From Octopus sinensis (taxonomy: Eukaryota): 64,000 nucleotides of DNA. Shown piece by piece: positions 62,980-64,000 of the stretch (positions within the stretch are counted from its first letter, which is position 1; every line of letters begins with the position of its first letter). The position numbers were made by a program, and so were the translations under genes. The notes beneath the pieces are model-generated. The model searched no databases, had not been told where the DNA came from, and worked only from the letters and a program-made list of their open reading frames with translations. The stretch spans positions 32,550,001 through 32,614,000 of the forward strand of contig NC_043006.1 of NCBI RefSeq assembly GCF_006345805.1, read 5' to 3'.

Positions 62980-63950
62980 CAAGTATTGTTGAATAAGAGC
63001 TATTCCGGAAACCGAGTTGAATGCTAGAAACAAAACGGAGGCCATAGACACGCTGGCTATGCCTGTATTAACATACAGCTTGAATACTATAAATTGGTCC
63101 ATCTCTAAGATTAATAAAGTCGATGACAAAATCAGAAAGTTAAGAATATATCGTATGCATCACAGAAGCAGTCATAGACCAAATATACCTTCCGAGAAAC
63201 GAAGATGGTCGCTGGGCTAATACGATCCCAACTTACATTGGAACTATGAAATTATCTGCCTACCTACATCAAGCAAACGACTGGGTCTTAAAACTGGTTC
63301 GGAAACATGAATGTACCAGGTATTTGCATGTGTCCTCAACTGTAAAAACGAAACGAATAAAAATATAGCAAAAACAAACCCGTATTCAGTACACTAAAGA
63401 GGAATAGGATGAAAAACCACTGCCAGGGATCCCAAGTAAGCAAAATCTTTACTTATCAATGGCTGGGAGGCCCTAATCTCAAATCCGAAACTAAGGGGTA
63501 TATTAGTGCTGCTCAAGACCAGCGTCTTCCAGCTTGGAAATGTCAGCCTAATGTTCTGAATCATTAAATCAGAAACGTTGTGTCAAGTTTGCGAAGAACA
63601 ACGGGAAAGAATCGATCACATAATTTCTGGATGCGTCCGACTGATTCCAACAAATGACATGACAGGGCAGCTCGGTACACACATTGAACAATATATCGTG
63701 CATACAACCTCACTTACAAAGAATGCTGAAGTTACTCTTCTTTGGGATTTCAGACTGATCTGGAAATTCAGGTTAAATGATCAGATAACATTATGAAAAA
63801 TCATGTTGAAAATATTTTGATGACGTTTGAAAACATTTCAGAAACTGAGCAAATCTAAGGACTTGGAAATGCAAATCAGAGGAGTTTGTTATCTGAAAGC
63901 AACAGCATAACCTATTGTTATTGGGGCACATGGAATGATTTCAAAAGGAG
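62980..63950 (+). pseudogene. Decayed R4/Dong-like LINE (RT thumb, CCHC finger, RLE)
   Basis: ELNARNKTEAIDTLAMPVLTYS, GYISAAQDQ, CQVCEEQRERIDHIISGC, VTLLWDF and KSKDLE. Confidence 0.7.
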
Positions 63951-64000
63951 CAAGCAAGTATGGGTTCTCATGCAGGGAATCGAACCCAGGTCTCCGGAGT

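Overview
This is repeat-dense, AT-rich metazoan genomic DNA. The SINE, LINE and microsatellite make-up suggests an octopus-type cephalopod (inference only). No host protein-coding gene can be supported; most ORF-track entries are microsatellite translations or antisense frames. Recognisable coding DNA is all transposon-derived: a 5'-truncated but uninterrupted CR1/Jockey-group RT ORF (28285-30003, -), RTE-clade LINE pieces (3924-4410, 37711-38615, 47933-49178), a Tx1/L1-like zf-RVT fragment, many decayed RLE-type (R4/Dong-, Hero-like) LINE ends clustered in (TAA)n arrays at 54-64 kb, three Penelope-like GIY-YIG remnants and several Tc1/mariner relics. About 20 tRNA-derived SINE copies with swapped modules are also present. 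The most interesting unexplained structure is a set of fold-back (palindromic or inverted-repeat) inserts, mostly in (TA)n arrays, several carrying minimal type I hammerhead ribozyme motifs. The best cases are two canonical copies back-to-back in a 344-bp palindrome at 34441-34784, plus 35870, 52710 and 33391; there is also a G12A pair in a chimeric fold-back at 8.0-8.8 kb and a variant-core family at 2091, 16724 and 27196. A non-autonomous RTE derivative (37005-37566) has a candidate HDV-like ribozyme at its 5' end. All RNA folds were assigned by eye and are untested.
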